Positions 48,383-57,179 of a stretch of 57,179 nt of DNA are shown piece after piece; positions within the stretch are counted from its first letter, which is position 1, and each line of letters starts with the position of its first letter. This DNA comes from a virus. Taxonomy: Duplodnaviria; Caudoviricetes. Under the pieces are notes generated by a model. That model was not told the DNA's origin, searched no databases, and saw only the letters and a program-made list of their open reading frames with translations. A program made the position numbers and the translations under genes. Location: positions 1 to 57,179 of the IMG/VR virus record IMGVR_UViG_3300046167_000110; one strand, given 5' to 3'.

Positions 48383-50431
48383 ATGAGATTAGTTTTAGAC
48401 GTTGAGAACAGCGTTACATGGCGAAGGGATAAAATATATAATGATCCCTTTGAGCCTACCAATACACTAACCCAAGTAGGCATGGTTAATGCAGACAATC
48501 ATGAAGAATTACATATTGTAAACATTGATCATGTTGAGGCCAAGGATACTAGTGGTGCAGGTCGTAAGCTTGTACAGCAAATCCTGGATATGACAACTTT
48601 ACTTATCATGCATAACGCTCAGCATGATTTGATGTGGCTATGGTCATGTGGATACAAGTATGACGGTGCCATTTATGATACTATGTTAGCTGAATACATT
48701 TTGTTGCGAGGTCAGAAGCAGCCACTATCATTATCCGGCTGTGCAGAACGCCGGAACCTTGCTGAACAAAAGGAAGACTATTTAAAACAATGTCTCAAGC
48801 AAAGGATTAATACTAATGAAACTGATCTCGCTAAGCTCAGCCTTTATCTTAGGGCTGATTTGCTCACAACTAGTGAGTTGTTCCACGCCATTGAAGAAGA
48901 CTATGCCAGACAAGACGCTCAATCCCTTCACACCATTAGAGATGTCACCTTCAATACATGTAAAACCCTTACCCAAATGCATATGTCCGGAATAAAGGTT
49001 GACACTAAAGAGTTAGCTAGTGTGCGTAGTTTGTACGAAAAAGAACGTGCTGACATTGAGACACGCCTACATAGAAAGGTTAAAGAACTAATGGGTGACA
49101 CGCCTATTAATCTTAAATCACCGGAACAAATGTCTCAGGTAGTGTTCAGCGTAGCTATGAATAACAAGAAAGAATGGGTTGATCTCTTTGAATTTACTAA
49201 TTCACCTAAAGAGTTTAAGTCAGCTATAAAAGCTAACAGCACACTTATATATCGTACCAAAGCCTTTACTTGTCCTACTTGCGAGGGTGCAGGTAAGGTA
49301 TACAAGATTAAGAAGGACGGTACAAAGTTTGCTAGACCTAACAAATGCAAAGACTGTGATGCTCGTGGTTTTCAACTAAGCAAAACGCCGCAGGTTGCAG
49401 GTCTTAAGTTTACCGCACCAAGTAAGAAGTGGGTCAGCGCTAATGGGTTTAGCACTGGTAAAGATATAATGGATGTACTTATAGGTACTGCAAAGACTAG
49501 AGGTATGACAGATGCAATCGAATTTCTTACGGACTATAAGCGTCTTAGTGCTGTTAATAGCTATCTATCTTCTTTTGTTGAAGGTATCGATGCTTATACA
49601 AAGCAGGATGGTTACCTACACGTCAGTCTTACTCAGCACGTCACAGCCACAGGTCGTTTCAGTGGCAGGAATCCTAACATGCAAAACATGCCAAGAGGCG
49701 GTACCTTCCCTGTAAAGCGTGTGTTTGTATCGAGATGGGAAGGTGGGTATATCTGTGAAGCTGACTTTGCTCAGTTAGAATTCCGTACTGCTGCATTCTT
49801 AGCACAAGATAAAGTCGCTATGAAAGAAATCAATACAGGCTTTGACGTACACAGTTATACTGCTAAAGTTATCTCTGATGCAGGGCAACCAACATCGCGG
49901 CAAGAAGCAAAGGCGCATACATTTGCGCCGCTTTTCGGGGCTACAGGCTATGGAAGATCTAAGGCTGAAGAGGCGTACTACATACACTTTAATGAGAAGT
50001 ATGAGGGCGTAGCTGCATGGCACAAAAAGTTAGGCGATGAAGCTATACGTTTCAATAAAATTACTGCGGCTTCAGGTAGACAGTATGCTTTCCCTGATGT
50101 ACAGCGCAGAAAGAACGGCAGTGTATCGCACTTTACTATGATTAAGAACTACCCTGTCCAGGGCTTTGCTACAGGTGATGTTGTACCTGTGGTACTAAAT
50201 GAACTGCATCATAGGCTAAGCAATATGAATTCTTGTATGGTCAATACTGTACATGATTCCACAGTAATCGACATCCATCCTGATGAAAAAGATCAGGTGT
50301 TAAATATGGTAGAAGATATGAATAAAGGCTTGACTGAGTTGGTTGAGTCAGTGTATGGAATACACATGAATGTACCACTATTATTAGAAGCTAAGATAGG
50401 CCCAAACTGGCTTGACACAGTGGATGTATAG
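48383..50431 (+). CDS. polA: Family A DNA polymerase with 3'-5' exonuclease and an inserted DnaJ-like zinc finger
   Basis: DVE and HNAQHD exonuclease motifs, CPTCEGAG...CKDCDARG, TGRFS, DFAQLE, AKAHTF, NYPVQ and VHDS. Confidence 0.95.
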   Translation: MRLVLDVENSVTWRRDKIYNDPFEPTNTLTQVGMVNADNHEELHIVNIDHVEAKDTSGAGRKLVQQILDMTTLLIMHNAQHDLMWLWSCGYKYDGAIYDTMLAEYILLRGQKQPLSLSGCAERRNLAEQKEDYLKQCLKQRINTNETDLAKLSLYLRADLLTTSELFHAIEEDYARQDAQSLHTIRDVTFNTCKTLTQMHMSGIKVDTKELASVRSLYEKERADIETRLHRKVKELMGDTPINLKSPEQMSQVVFSVAMNNKKEWVDLFEFTNSPKEFKSAIKANSTLIYRTKAFTCPTCEGAGKVYKIKKDGTKFARPNKCKDCDARGFQLSKTPQVAGLKFTAPSKKWVSANGFSTGKDIMDVLIGTAKTRGMTDAIEFLTDYKRLSAVNSYLSSFVEGIDAYTKQDGYLHVSLTQHVTATGRFSGRNPNMQNMPRGGTFPVKRVFVSRWEGGYICEADFAQLEFRTAAFLAQDKVAMKEINTGFDVHSYTAKVISDAGQPTSRQEAKAHTFAPLFGATGYGRSKAEEAYYIHFNEKYEGVAAWHKKLGDEAIRFNKITAASGRQYAFPDVQRRKNGSVSHFTMIKNYPVQGFATGDVVPVVLNELHHRLSNMNSCMVNTVHDSTVIDIHPDEKDQVLNMVEDMNKGLTELVESVYGIHMNVPLLLEAKIGPNWLDTVDV

Positions 50432-50440
50432 TGTATAACT
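50412..50440 (+). promoter_or_regulatory. Promoter TTGACA-N16-TATAACT
   Basis: Recurrent motif overlapping the end of polA. Confidence 0.7.
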
Positions 50441-50472
50441 AAGTCTCTTTGACTCTATAGAAAGGTATAGAA

Positions 50473-51351
50473 ATGAGTAATGAACTAGCAATCGCAGCAG
50501 AACGCGGACAATCAATGGCAGAGATGATGGGTGTATCCCAAAGCTCTGGTACATCGTCAGGACCTTCTATTGCACGTATCGGTATGCTACACCAACCTAT
50601 CATGGGTGAGGTGGAGTTAGCAGGTAAAACAATTAAGACTGAGGTAGTGCCTGTTGGTGCCTTCATCCTTACACAGGGTGATGATAAGATATACAGCAAC
50701 GGCATCACCGTTCGTATCTTTGCCCAGCGCAACCAATGGCAACGTTGGAATAGTGAAACATCAGAGATGGAGAAGTCTGTATTGACTAATTCACTCAATG
50801 GTGATTTGAAAGACAGTGTTGGTGGATGGAACTTAGGACGCCCTACAGGTTACATCGAAGATTTCAATGGGTTGCCAGATGCAACTAAACAAATCATTCG
50901 TAGTGTTAAACGTGTTAAGGTATTCTTTGGTACGGTAACATTAGATAATCCTATCAATGAAAAAGGTGAGCCTGTAACAGGTGAATATAAAGACCTACCA
51001 TTTGTAATGGATGTTAAGAACCGTGACTCACTTAAGAGCATTGATGGTGTACTAAGTGGATTAAACCGTAAGAACTTACTACCTATTATGTCTACTGTTA
51101 ACCTGATGGGTGTGGAAGACAGCATTCCAACAGGTGCAAAGTTTGGTAAGATTGAAGCTAAGCTTGGTGATAAGGTTGACCTAGCTGATAGTGACAATGG
51201 TATCCTAAGTGACTTCATGGATCTTATTGAATATATGAATGGTAAAGTCTTAGACTTACACAACGAACGCAATGGTAGTGGTATCTCTGATGCTGATGCT
51301 GCAGTTGTTAAGGACATTATCAATAACGACTTTGTTGAGGTGGACTTTTAA
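50473..51351 (+). CDS. Putative ssDNA-binding or annealing protein
   Basis: Located between polymerase and exonuclease; acidic C-terminus ending in VDF; own promoter. Confidence 0.5.
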   Translation: MSNELAIAAERGQSMAEMMGVSQSSGTSSGPSIARIGMLHQPIMGEVELAGKTIKTEVVPVGAFILTQGDDKIYSNGITVRIFAQRNQWQRWNSETSEMEKSVLTNSLNGDLKDSVGGWNLGRPTGYIEDFNGLPDATKQIIRSVKRVKVFFGTVTLDNPINEKGEPVTGEYKDLPFVMDVKNRDSLKSIDGVLSGLNRKNLLPIMSTVNLMGVEDSIPTGAKFGKIEAKLGDKVDLADSDNGILSDFMDLIEYMNGKVLDLHNERNGSGISDADAAVVKDIINNDFVEVDF

Positions 51352-52214
51352 TGAACCATCCTGCTGAGCTAAAGATCTTCTCATTCCTACAGAAGGCTAT
51401 GGCAGGTGAGACTACTATGACAGAGGAGGTGGCTGATAAAGTCGCCTCCGATGTTAAGGCAGCTCTGTTTAAGCAGTTTGATAGTGGACCACGTGATGAA
51501 TTTCGTTTGCGTATGTCTAACATAGGTAAGCCAAAATGTCAGCTATGGTTTGAAAAGAATGACCCTGAAGATAAAACACCATTCCCACCACACTTCCTGA
51601 TGAACATGATCTTAGGTGATATTGTTGAGGCTGTGTTTAAAGGTATCATGAGATCCGCTAATGTGGATTTTAAAGACAACGACTACGTTACACTCAAGTT
51701 ACCTAACGGTACAGAAATAAAGGGTGAATACGATATGGAATTGGATGGTAAGATTGACGATGTAAAGTCAGCATCCCCTTGGTCATTTCAAAACAAGTTT
51801 GCATCCTTTGATGCCTTAGCTACAGGAGATAGTTTCGGCTACATCCCACAGCTTGTAGGTTACGCAGAGGGCGCAGGTAAAGAGGTTGGTGGTTGGTGGG
51901 TAGTCAACAAGGCTAACGGCGAATTTAAGTATGTTTCTGCAGACAATGTAGACAAAGAAGCTGTCCTTGATGATATACAAGATCTCACGTCTTACATCAA
52001 TAATGACGAACCTTTTGAGCGTGAATTTGAGCCTATCGAAGAAACGTTTTACCGCAAGAAGACAGGTAACACTAAGCTAGGAGTTACATGTGGCTTCTGT
52101 GCATTTAAACATAAGTGTTGGCCTACACTACAGACTTTACCTTCGCCTAATTCGAAGGCTAAGAATCCACCCTTAATCGATTATATTTACTTAAAGGAGC
52201 ATGCAGATGCCTAA
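51351..52214 (+). CDS. PD-(D/E)XK exonuclease
   Basis: RMSNIG.P.CQ, GEYD...DDVKS, QL..Y and C.FC..K..CW. Confidence 0.8.
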   Translation: MNHPAELKIFSFLQKAMAGETTMTEEVADKVASDVKAALFKQFDSGPRDEFRLRMSNIGKPKCQLWFEKNDPEDKTPFPPHFLMNMILGDIVEAVFKGIMRSANVDFKDNDYVTLKLPNGTEIKGEYDMELDGKIDDVKSASPWSFQNKFASFDALATGDSFGYIPQLVGYAEGAGKEVGGWWVVNKANGEFKYVSADNVDKEAVLDDIQDLTSYINNDEPFEREFEPIEETFYRKKTGNTKLGVTCGFCAFKHKCWPTLQTLPSPNSKAKNPPLIDYIYLKEHADA

Positions 52215-52413
52215 ACTAACTATTAATGATGTCGAATATGATACAAAAGACTTCAACGAAGAACAAAACAAGCTTTATAATGAAGCGGTAGTTGCAACAG
52301 ATCAAATGAGACGTCTTGAAGTTCAACATAAAGCTTTAGAAGGTTTGTCAAACGTATTAGCATCTCAGATTGTAGAAGCAGGTAAAGATGCCAAAGACAA
52401 ACCGGAGGCATAG
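52207..52413 (+). CDS. Small coiled-coil protein
   Basis: LTINDVEYD..DF.EEQ; RBS AAGGAG. Confidence 0.6.
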   Translation: MPKLTINDVEYDTKDFNEEQNKLYNEAVVATDQMRRLEVQHKALEGLSNVLASQIVEAGKDAKDKPEA

Positions 52414-52825
52414 TTCTAGAACATATCGTAGTGGCCTTGAAGTAGAGGCCGCTGCGTACCTTAAAGATAGGCAGAAGAAGGTAGCCTATGAGGAATTAAA
52501 GATAGAGTGGGAAGATTTAAAGTACCGCACTTATACGCCAGACTTTGAATTAGACAACGGCATTATAATTGAGACCAAAGGGTTGTTTAGTGCAGCAGAT
52601 AGACGCAAGCACATAGAAATACAGCGTCAACATCCTAAGTTAGATATTAGATTTGTATTCAGTAATTCAAGATCTCGCCTTTACAAAGGAGCTAAAAGCA
52701 GGTATTGCGATTGGTGTGACCAGAAAGGTTTTTTATGGGCGCACAGGGTTATACCAGAAGAGTGGCTCAAGGAAAAAGGGAAGCGAATGAAAGAACAACG
52801 TGTCAAAGTTAAAAGGAGAAAATAA
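52388..52825 (+). CDS. T7 endonuclease I-like resolvase
   Basis: YRSGLE, YTPDF, IETKG.F...DR.KH and LDIRFVF. Confidence 0.9.
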   Translation: MPKTNRRHSSRTYRSGLEVEAAAYLKDRQKKVAYEELKIEWEDLKYRTYTPDFELDNGIIIETKGLFSAADRRKHIEIQRQHPKLDIRFVFSNSRSRLYKGAKSRYCDWCDQKGFLWAHRVIPEEWLKEKGKRMKEQRVKVKRRK

Positions 52826-53175
52826 TGGCTTATGAAATAGATGAAGGTGATATAGCCATTATACTCAAACCTATAGTAGAAGAAGGTCAGTGGACAGGTG
52901 CTATTAAAACAGGAATCGTATTTGGCTCTTCTTCAGAGGATAATACAGGAGATGGTATGAGGGCGGCACTTGATGAAGCTCTTACTATGGCGGCCACTCA
53001 AAAGTTTTTAGATATATATCCAGAGGCTTGGGAAGATTTCCAGGAATTTAGAAATGATCTATTAAAAGAAATGTTTCCCGAACAGTTTGCGGAAGCTAAA
53101 GATGAATTAACGACTACAGTGGATGGTAATGTAATCACGCTTAATCGTTGGAGTAAAACAAAGGGTAATGCATGA
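52825..53175 (+). CDS. Hypothetical protein
   Basis: 116 aa coupled ORF ending in KTKGNA. Confidence 0.65.
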   Translation: MAYEIDEGDIAIILKPIVEEGQWTGAIKTGIVFGSSSEDNTGDGMRAALDEALTMAATQKFLDIYPEAWEDFQEFRNDLLKEMFPEQFAEAKDELTTTVDGNVITLNRWSKTKGNA

Positions 53176-53339
53176 AGAAGTTTGGTATTACTTTTGTTAT
53201 AAAGGTTGATGATAATAACAACATACTATCATCCTACGAACATAATCACGAGAGAGATATTCGTGATTTAATCACAGATATTATTTATGATGTCGACGAT
53301 GTGTCGATTGAAAACGTAAATGTAAAGGAGAGAAAATGA
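53172..53339 (+). CDS. 55-aa acidic hypothetical protein
   Basis: Hand translation MKKFGITFVIKVDD...VKERK; ATGA overlaps at both ends. Confidence 0.6.
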   Translation: MKKFGITFVIKVDDNNNILSSYEHNHERDIRDLITDIIYDVDDVSIENVNVKERK

Positions 53340-53650
53340 ATAGTTTAAGAGAATATCAACGTGCTGCGGTTAGCTTTGCTATATATCCTGCAACGCATAA
53401 GGTTCTGTATCCAACGTTGGGCTTGTGTGGCGAAGCAGGAGAGATAGCTGAGAAGGTTAAGAAGCAGGTACGCGACAATAATTTTAATAGACACGAGGTA
53501 GCGAAGGAACTAGGAGACGTACTCTGGTATCTGGCAAATCTGTCTAACGATATTGGCTATAATCTAGATGAGATAGCTAACATTAACATTGAAAAACTTA
53601 CATCACGTAAGGAACGAAACAAAATACAAGGATCAGGAGATAATAGATGA
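53336..53650 (+). CDS. mazG: MazG-like nucleotide pyrophosphohydrolase
   Basis: LGL.GEAGE..EK.KK, KELGDVLWY and N..KL..R. Confidence 0.88.
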   Translation: MNSLREYQRAAVSFAIYPATHKVLYPTLGLCGEAGEIAEKVKKQVRDNNFNRHEVAKELGDVLWYLANLSNDIGYNLDEIANINIEKLTSRKERNKIQGSGDNR

Positions 53651-55566
53651 GTAACCAATTACCAACAGACTACCAATCGTTTATACACAAGTCACGTTAC
53701 GCCAAATACTTTGATGGCAAGGGGCGTGAGTCTTGGGGAGAAACGGTAGGACGCTACATGGATAATGTAGTTCGTAAATCGCTAGGCGAAGAGTTGACTA
53801 GGATTTTAGATCACACGGACATTAGAGATATTGAACAAGCTATACTGGGTCAGGAAATCATGCCTAGTATGCGAGCGATGATGACGGCTGGCCCAGCTTT
53901 AGACCGCGACAATACAGCCGGATATAATTGTAGCTACTTACCCGTAGATGACCCTAAGTCCTTCGATGAAGCTATGTATATCCTCCTCTGTGGTACGGGT
54001 GTTGGCTTCTCTGTTGAGAGACAGTTCATCAGAAAGCTCCCAGAAGTTCCTGATCTTTTCGACAGTGAGTCTGTCGTCGTCGTTAAGGACAGCAAAGAAG
54101 GTTGGGCTAAGGGGTTCCGTCAAGTTCTTGCACTCCTATGGGCTGGTGAAATACCTAAGTGGGATGTGTCTCAGGTTCGTCCTGCAGGTGCAAGACTAAA
54201 AACGTTTGGCGGTAGAGCATCAGGCCCAGCGCCTCTTGTAGAACTGTTTAACTTTGCTGTGTCTACTTTCAAAGGAGCTCAGGGACGTAAGCTTAGCTCT
54301 ATGGAATGCCACGACCTTATGTGTTTTATAGGCCAAATAGTAGTCGTTGGCGGCGTTCGGCGCTCAGCCATGATATCCTTGAGTAACCTATCTGATGACA
54401 GAATGCGTCACGCTAAGTCAGGACAATGGTGGGAAACTGCAGGGCATAGAGCATTAGCTAACAACTCAGTAGCATACAGTGAGAAGCCAGACATGGAAAC
54501 ATTCATGCGTGAATGGTTGTCTCTGGTTGAGTCTAAGTCTGGTGAGCGTGGTATCTTCAACAGACAAGCATCCAAGGTACAAGCGGCTAAGAATGGTAGA
54601 CGTGATCCTAACTACGAGTTCGGCTGCAACCCTTGCAGTGAGATAATCCTACGCCCATACCAATTCTGTAACCTAACGGAGTGCGTAGTACGTGCTACTG
54701 ATACACTAGAAGATCTTGAGCGTAAGGTTAGACTTGCTACTATCTTAGGTACAATACAGTCTACTATGATTAAGTTCCCTTACCTACGTAAAGTATGGCA
54801 GAACAATACATCAGAAGAGAGACTACTTGGTGTGTCTATGACAGGTATTATGGATAACCCTCTAATGACCCAGAAGAACAAAGGTCTTAATAAAACATTA
54901 GAACACCTACGCTCTATTGCTGTATCTACCAATGCTGAATGGGCTGAGTTACTAGGTATCCCTGCCAGTGCTGCTATCAGCTGCGTAAAGCCAAGTGGTA
55001 CGGTTTCACAGCTTGTAGATAGCGCCAGTGGAATCCATGCGAGGCATAGTCCATACTATATTCGTACTGTAAGAGGTGATAATAAAGATCCTTTAACGCA
55101 GTTTATGATTGATCAGGGTATACCAAATGAACCTTGTGTTATGAAGCCTGATACTACTGTAGTGTTTAGCTTCCCTGTTAAATCTCCTGAGAAAGCAGTT
55201 ACACGTAATGATATGTCTGCTGTAGAGCAATTAGAGTTGTGGCTTACATATCAACGACATTGGTGTGAGCATAAGCCATCTGTTACTATAACAGTACGTG
55301 ATGAAGAGTGGATGGAAGTTGGAGCGTTTGTGTTTGAATACTTTGATGAAATGTCAGGTGTGTCATTTTTACCACATTCTGATCATACGTATCAACAAGC
55401 ACCTTATCAAGATTGTGATGAATCTCAGTATCATGCGATGCTAGGGTCTATGCCATCAAAGATTGATTGGGAGTTACTCAATGAATACGAGAGCGAAGAC
55501 AATACAATAGCTATGCAGACGATGGCATGTTCTGGGGATAGCTGTGAGATTGTAGACTTAACATAA
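53647..55566 (+). CDS. nrdJ: Class II (B12-dependent) ribonucleotide reductase
   Basis: PSMR, NCSY, VGGVRRSA, NPCSEI, CNL, KPSGT and C-terminal C....C; no beta subunit gene seen. Confidence 0.92.
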   Translation: MSNQLPTDYQSFIHKSRYAKYFDGKGRESWGETVGRYMDNVVRKSLGEELTRILDHTDIRDIEQAILGQEIMPSMRAMMTAGPALDRDNTAGYNCSYLPVDDPKSFDEAMYILLCGTGVGFSVERQFIRKLPEVPDLFDSESVVVVKDSKEGWAKGFRQVLALLWAGEIPKWDVSQVRPAGARLKTFGGRASGPAPLVELFNFAVSTFKGAQGRKLSSMECHDLMCFIGQIVVVGGVRRSAMISLSNLSDDRMRHAKSGQWWETAGHRALANNSVAYSEKPDMETFMREWLSLVESKSGERGIFNRQASKVQAAKNGRRDPNYEFGCNPCSEIILRPYQFCNLTECVVRATDTLEDLERKVRLATILGTIQSTMIKFPYLRKVWQNNTSEERLLGVSMTGIMDNPLMTQKNKGLNKTLEHLRSIAVSTNAEWAELLGIPASAAISCVKPSGTVSQLVDSASGIHARHSPYYIRTVRGDNKDPLTQFMIDQGIPNEPCVMKPDTTVVFSFPVKSPEKAVTRNDMSAVEQLELWLTYQRHWCEHKPSVTITVRDEEWMEVGAFVFEYFDEMSGVSFLPHSDHTYQQAPYQDCDESQYHAMLGSMPSKIDWELLNEYESEDNTIAMQTMACSGDSCEIVDLT

Positions 55567-55581
55567 ACAAAGGCATCAGCA

Positions 55582-55929
55582 ATGAATATCTTATTAGGAT
55601 TAGCTCTTACAGTACACATGGATACTACAGGTGATTATAACTCGTATCATCCTCATGTAAGGTTTGAAGAAGGTCAATTCATTGCTGGTGCATACTACAA
55701 TAGTGAAAGAGGTGTAAGCCCTTACATAGGAGCTAAACTCACTAATGAGATAGGCTTCTTTGAATACGGTGTTGTTTCAGGTTACGAAGGTCAAGCAGGG
55801 GCATTACCCTTTGCAAGACTAGGTTTAACTTTAAGCGAAACAGGCTCTATCTTTATTGCACCTGCATTTGAAAAGATATATGGTGAAGTAACAACTGGAA
55901 CTATAATTGGATTTGAAATCTTATATTAA
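55582..55929 (+). CDS. Small outer-membrane beta-barrel-like protein
   Basis: Hydrophobic N-terminus, AGAYYNS...PY.G, G.VSGY, alternating strands and aromatic C-terminus. Confidence 0.5.
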   Translation: MNILLGLALTVHMDTTGDYNSYHPHVRFEEGQFIAGAYYNSERGVSPYIGAKLTNEIGFFEYGVVSGYEGQAGALPFARLGLTLSETGSIFIAPAFEKIYGEVTTGTIIGFEILY

Positions 55930-55938
55930 GGGGTAGAC

Positions 55939-56166
55939 ATGTATACTATAATAACTAGGGATAACTGTAGCTTCTGTGATATGGCTAAGATGTTATTAAT
56001 GGAATCTAATAAGGCTTATACAGAGTACAATGTAGAATCAGGCAGTTCTAAGTGGGTGTTAACTCTTATAAGACAAGCCCAACATAATACGGTACCCCAA
56101 ATATTTGCTTCTGATGGTAGCTACATAGGTGGTTATAATGAGTTAGCTCAACACCTTGAAAGGTAA
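55939..56166 (+). CDS. Glutaredoxin
   Basis: CSFC, TVPQIF and YIGGY. Confidence 0.9.
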   Translation: MYTIITRDNCSFCDMAKMLLMESNKAYTEYNVESGSSKWVLTLIRQAQHNTVPQIFASDGSYIGGYNELAQHLER

Positions 56167-56171
56167 TACAA

Positions 56172-56372
56172 ATGTATATACTAGTTATGATTGCTTATTT
56201 AGCAAATGAATCGCCTGTAGTAAAAGCTTCTGCAGAATTATATAAATCTCATGCAGAATGTGAAGCTCAAGCCTTAAACACATTGAGTACTATTTCTGAC
56301 GAACTTCCACCAAAAGTAATGCGTACTATACGTTTTGTATATGTATGTACTACTGTACCTGAGGATACATAA
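56172..56372 (+). CDS. Small hypothetical protein
   Basis: Hydrophobic N-terminus, Y.S..EC...C pattern. Confidence 0.55.
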   Translation: MYILVMIAYLANESPVVKASAELYKSHAECEAQALNTLSTISDELPPKVMRTIRFVYVCTTVPEDT

Positions 56373-56758
56373 TGCAACGAAGTCTTTTTGGAGAATTACT
56401 TAAACCCCAAACACAAGATACTAGAGTTTGTACAAAGTGTGGTGAAGAAAAAGATCTTTTAGACTTTCACGTACCTTACTACAAAAAAGATAACATTCCA
56501 GGAAGAAGCCATAGCTGTAAATCCTGTATCAAACATCAAACTCGTCTTTTAAAAGTACTAAAAGAAATACACCCTAAACCTGTAGATATGCGCTGTGCTT
56601 GTTGTGGTGAAAAGAAAGACATGTTACATTTAGATCACGATCACACAACAGATGAATTTAGAGGTTATCTGTGTGTAAACTGCAATCATGGGTTAGGAAA
56701 GTTTAATGACAGCACAACCAAGCTACAGAAAGCGATTAATTATTTAAATGGACGATGA
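56372..56758 (+). CDS. Endonuclease VII-like HNH endonuclease (possibly homing)
   Basis: CTKC...CKSC, CACC..LDHDH...RG.LC..CN.GLG. Confidence 0.85.
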   Translation: MQRSLFGELLKPQTQDTRVCTKCGEEKDLLDFHVPYYKKDNIPGRSHSCKSCIKHQTRLLKVLKEIHPKPVDMRCACCGEKKDMLHLDHDHTTDEFRGYLCVNCNHGLGKFNDSTTKLQKAINYLNGR

Positions 56759-57179
56759 TTTTCCTAAGAAACAAACACGCACTCGACGTAAAACTAATTA
56801 CAAAGGTGCTACTGCTAAATCTGTATCTGGTATATTACCACGAACAGCTAAACAAAAAGAATTAATAGACGCTATAAGAAGAAACCAGCAAGTCCTGATA
56901 TTAGGTCCTGCTGGTACTGGTAAAACTTATGTAACAGCTACTTGTGCTGCAGATTTGTACATTACTAAAGATATAGATAAGATCGTCATAACACGCCCTC
57001 ACGTGGCTGTAGGTAAAGACATAGGGTTTCTTCCAGGAACACTTGAAGAGAAGGCTCAGCCGTGGGCGTTGCCCGTACTAGACGTGCTTATAAAGCATTT
57101 AGGTAAAGGTGCTGTAGATACGGCTCTAAAGAGTGGTAATATTGAGGTTGCTACACTAGCGTTGATGCGTGGGCGTAGC
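56748..57179 (+). CDS. phoH: PhoH-like ATPase, N-terminal part
   Basis: Hand translation MDDDFPKK...GPAGTGKTY...ITRP...IGFLPG...MRGRS; exactly 144 codons to the window end. Confidence 0.95.
   Translation, partial: MDDDFPKKQTRTRRKTNYKGATAKSVSGILPRTAKQKELIDAIRRNQQVLILGPAGTGKTYVTATCAADLYITKDIDKIVITRPHVAVGKDIGFLPGTLEEKAQPWALPVLDVLIKHLGKGAVDTALKSGNIEVATLALMRGRS

Noticed and set aside
48383-55566. Inteins or introns in polA or nrdJ
   Set aside because: Both frames are continuous and of normal length, with no splice motifs seen

Overview
The window looks like a complete, circularly permuted ~57.2 kb genome of a marine podovirus. The phoH reading frame runs off the right end (…MRGRS) and continues in frame at position 1 (FDNTFIIVDEAQN). 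The family A DNA polymerase carries an inserted DnaJ-like CxxCxGxG zinc finger and lies downstream of a tyrosine integrase, primase and helicase, and I recognised no RNA polymerase. This architecture matches HMO-2011-type phages of marine Alphaproteobacteria (SAR116/Roseobacter); the host is inferred. Two arms diverge from a ~1.4 kb largely non-coding control region (38.7-40.1 kb). The + strand arm carries early and replication genes: Gp88-like protein, C5 methyltransferase, integrase, primase, ThyX, helicase, PolA, exo/endonucleases, MazG, class II RNR, glutaredoxin and PhoH. The - strand arm carries late genes: small basic proteins, TerS/TerL, portal, scaffold, capsid, a large multi-fibre module with collagen and glycine-rich adhesins, tail tube, internal virion proteins and a pesticin-type muramidase. 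The most notable unannotated signals are: (1) a promoter- and terminator-bounded ~130 nt sRNA whose loop shows two anti-Shine-Dalgarno motifs complementary to the AGGAGAGA ribosome-binding sites of the phage's replication genes, while late genes mostly avoid GGAG; (2) a DUF1127 small protein missing from the ORF track; (3) a repeated CUAC/CC internal-loop RNA element in the capsid and scaffold leaders; (4) an AUA-initiated or frameshifted gene between terS and terL; (5) shared FxxGG and GLxSK peptide tags on several late proteins; (6) an Acb2/Tad1-like candidate anti-defence protein. All structures and counts were done by eye; no searches were run.
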